Positions 53,902 through 55,704 of a DNA stretch of 55,704 nt are shown one piece after another. A model generated the notes under the pieces. It was not told the origin of the DNA. It made no database searches and saw only the letters and a program-made list of their open reading frames with translations. A program made the translations under genes and the position numbers. The stretch is from positions 1 to 55,704 of the IMG/VR virus record IMGVR_UViG_3300041964_000008. One strand, written 5' to 3'. Each line of letters opens with the position of its first letter. Within the stretch, counting starts at the first letter, position 1. This DNA comes from a virus. Its lineage: Duplodnaviria > Caudoviricetes.

Positions 53902-54150
53902 TCAGCGTAGAAGGATGGGCGTGAGCTTGAACTTGCCCTGGGGGATGTCGTAGACGCAGTCGCGTCCGAGCGTCATGACGAGGAAGTCGACCGGCGTCAC
54001 TTCCAGTAGCGTTGCCGACTGTATCGAAGCGTAAAACTTCGAGTACTTTCGGGAAACGATTACGGTGGAAATGACGGCGGCGACTGCAACGGCATGAGGC
54101 GCGTACTTGACGACCTTCTCCTTGACTTCCGAGCGTGTTGGGATGTTCAC
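53902..54150 (-). CDS. Small membrane protein
   Basis: GAAAGGA RBS and GTG start; cassette. Confidence 0.7.
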   Translation of the reverse strand: MNIPTRSEVKEKVVKYAPHAVAVAAVISTVIVSRKYSKFYASIQSATLLEVTPVDFLVMTLGRDCVYDIPQGKFKLTPILLR

Positions 54151-54244
54151 ATTTGTCCTTTCTTGTGGTGGGTTCATTAGAGGACATGTATAACCAGCGG
54201 AAGCTGAAAGCCCTTGTAAGGACTTTCAGATGAATATCAGGGGA

Positions 54245-54421
54245 TCAGCTGCGACAGCCGTAGTTGCTGTTGTGAGCCAACACCCTGACTGAGGAGTTCG
54301 GGTCTGCATAGATCTTGCAACCATACTCACATGAGCTGATTGCGATTTCGTACATGCGTGCACGAACCGTGGGGTCGGGGTGAATGAGCTCGTTGTGGGA
54401 AGTGGTGTACGTGATGTGCAT
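54245..54421 (-). CDS. 58-aa Cys/His peptide (MHITYTTSH...)
   Basis: Read manually; AAGGAG RBS; cassette. Confidence 0.7.
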   Translation of the reverse strand: MHITYTTSHNELIHPDPTVRARMYEIAISSCEYGCKIYADPNSSVRVLAHNSNYGCRS

Positions 54422-54503
54422 ACTTACTCCTTAATGAGGGATTCATTAGAAGCCATGTTCCCTACGCGAAAGCTGAGAGCCTTTGTAGGGCTCTCGCTTG
54501 TGA

Positions 54504-54677
54504 TCAGTACGCACTCCAGTTTGGGGCGTTGACGACGGTGCACGAGGACGTTTCTTCGCAGGACTCCTCGACGACGGCCTCCGCGTTGGCCTCCTGCCCG
54601 TGGTAAAGGGTGGTGGCGAGTGCGGTGACTACGACGAGGAGTACCATGATGAACACGTTCTTGAGTGTGTGGGTCAT
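54504..54677 (-). CDS. Secreted or membrane peptide
   Basis: AAGGAG RBS; N-terminal hydrophobic helix; cassette. Confidence 0.7.
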   Translation of the reverse strand: MTHTLKNVFIMVLLVVVTALATTLYHGQEANAEAVVEESCEETSSCTVVNAPNWSAY

Positions 54678-54929
54678 TACATTACTCCTTGATGGGTGGT
54701 GATACTTGTCATTAGGAGCCATGTAAAACGTGCGAAAACCTAAAGCCCTTGTAGAGCTGTCGGTTGGTGTTGAAGGTTACTGGTCGTTCCAGGCAGGGTC
54801 GAATACGACAACGCAGTCTCCTGTACGGTCGCAGTTCTCCTTCATCTCAGTCGCGTCAGCGTTCCACTCATAGAGAGTGGCACCGGTGACGGTGAGGATG
54901 AAAAGGAGCACAGCAATCGTCAGGTTTCT

Positions 54930-55704
54930 TGAGATGTGGTTAGCATGACATGGCGCCCGTCTGGGGTGCCAAGGGGTAGGTAAAGGACTAGTTTATTGAT
55001 GGTAAATTATGCGGGGCGGACATTGCGAACAAGAACACTAAAAGATGATAGTGGGAGTTGTGGAGAATTAGGAGTGGAAATCAGAGTCGGGCGAGTGATG
55101 TATCTGATATAGGATTTGAGAGCATTGGTGCGGTTACGTGTAGTAATCGGGAACAGCGTCTCTTCGCCGGCAATTTAATATTATGATTGGATGTGTGGGA
55201 AAAGCTTGGAATTGTGTGGAGTTGTGCATGAATTGCATTAAGGTGGGATAGGGGGAGATGGTAAAGGGGTTGCGATGGATTGTCTAGGGAATGTGTTTTG
55301 TAAGTGTATAGTGAAAGTATAATAGGGGTATTGAGGAGAGAGTAAATGAGGGTGGTGGGGGTAGTGGTATGTTTGGGTTATGATTTATGGAGAAATTAGG
55401 GATTTGGAGTTAGGTGTAAATGTGGTTATAAAGTATTGAATGAGTTTTGATTAAGTGAATAAGGGGTTTGTTTGTGTGAGAGTATTGAAAGATATGAAGG
55501 TTATTGAGTGTTGAAGAAGGATTAAATTAAGAGGGATGTTAGAAGAATGGTTGAGGTAGAGTGTATGAATGATGTAGAGTTAGGTAATTTAGAGAATGAT
55601 GGAGTTGATGGGGTAAAAGTAGGGTGGAATGTTTGAGAAAGTGTGTTTTATTAAAGGGTGGGGTAATGTGGTGATGGATATGAGGGGATAGGAAGGGGAG
55701 ATGT
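54930..55704. other. Degraded low-complexity tail (C-depleted, G/A/T-rich), probable sequencing artefact
   Basis: C almost disappears after about 55270; no ORFs; composition unlike the rest of the window. Confidence 0.75.

Larger units (their letters stand above)
52865..54760 (-). repeat. Tandem array of hairpin + 26-bp motif + RBS + small-ORF cassettes
   Basis: Motifs start at 53105, 53342, 53572, 53841, 54175, 54444 and 54710, each with an adjacent upstream hairpin. Confidence 0.9.

Noticed and set aside
52865-54760. Repeat array as a CRISPR array or integron attC array
   Set aside because: Intervening sequences are 200-330 bp genes with RBSs, repeats are degenerate, and there is no cas operon, tyrosine integrase or attC-type end pattern
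54930-55704. C-depleted G/A/T-rich tail as a telomere-like, deaminated or G-quadruplex element
   Set aside because: It degrades gradually out of a normal cassette gene and has no repeat unit; most consistent with base-calling failure at a read end

Overview
Near-complete genome of a long-tailed (siphovirus-type) dsDNA phage, probably infecting an actinobacterium (inference from GC content, codon style and Gram-positive-type holin and LysM genes). Essentially every gene is on the minus strand, and both window ends fall inside the same array of small-gene cassettes. Reading down the minus strand: small-ORF cassettes (54.9-52.2 kb); SF2 helicase, HNH, VRR-NUC and exonuclease; a 901-aa single-subunit two-barrel RNA polymerase-like protein (QVR..KG, RFP and ADFDGD motifs, three HTH segments); lysis, packaging, head and tail genes (46.2-19.7 kb); further cassettes including three ORF-less structured RNA units (18.0-18.4 kb); conserved hypotheticals; a fused helicase-primase-PolB replicase; an SSB-like gene; and more cassettes. 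I saw no integrase or tRNA. The most striking system is the phage RNAP together with 22 copies of a fixed-spacing 26-bp motif (TCGYN-N6-ACM-N5-YMTAAYR), terminator/promoter/ORF cassettes, promoter-driven small RNAs, a stand-alone copy of one RNAP HTH, and an LxH tag shared by the RNAP, head-region proteins and the capsid precursor. The sequence is error-prone: many frameshifts, a garbled stretch at about 20.15-20.9 kb and a junk-like tail after about 54.93 kb, so frameshifts are treated as probable artefacts. All assignments come from motif reading by eye, without database searches.
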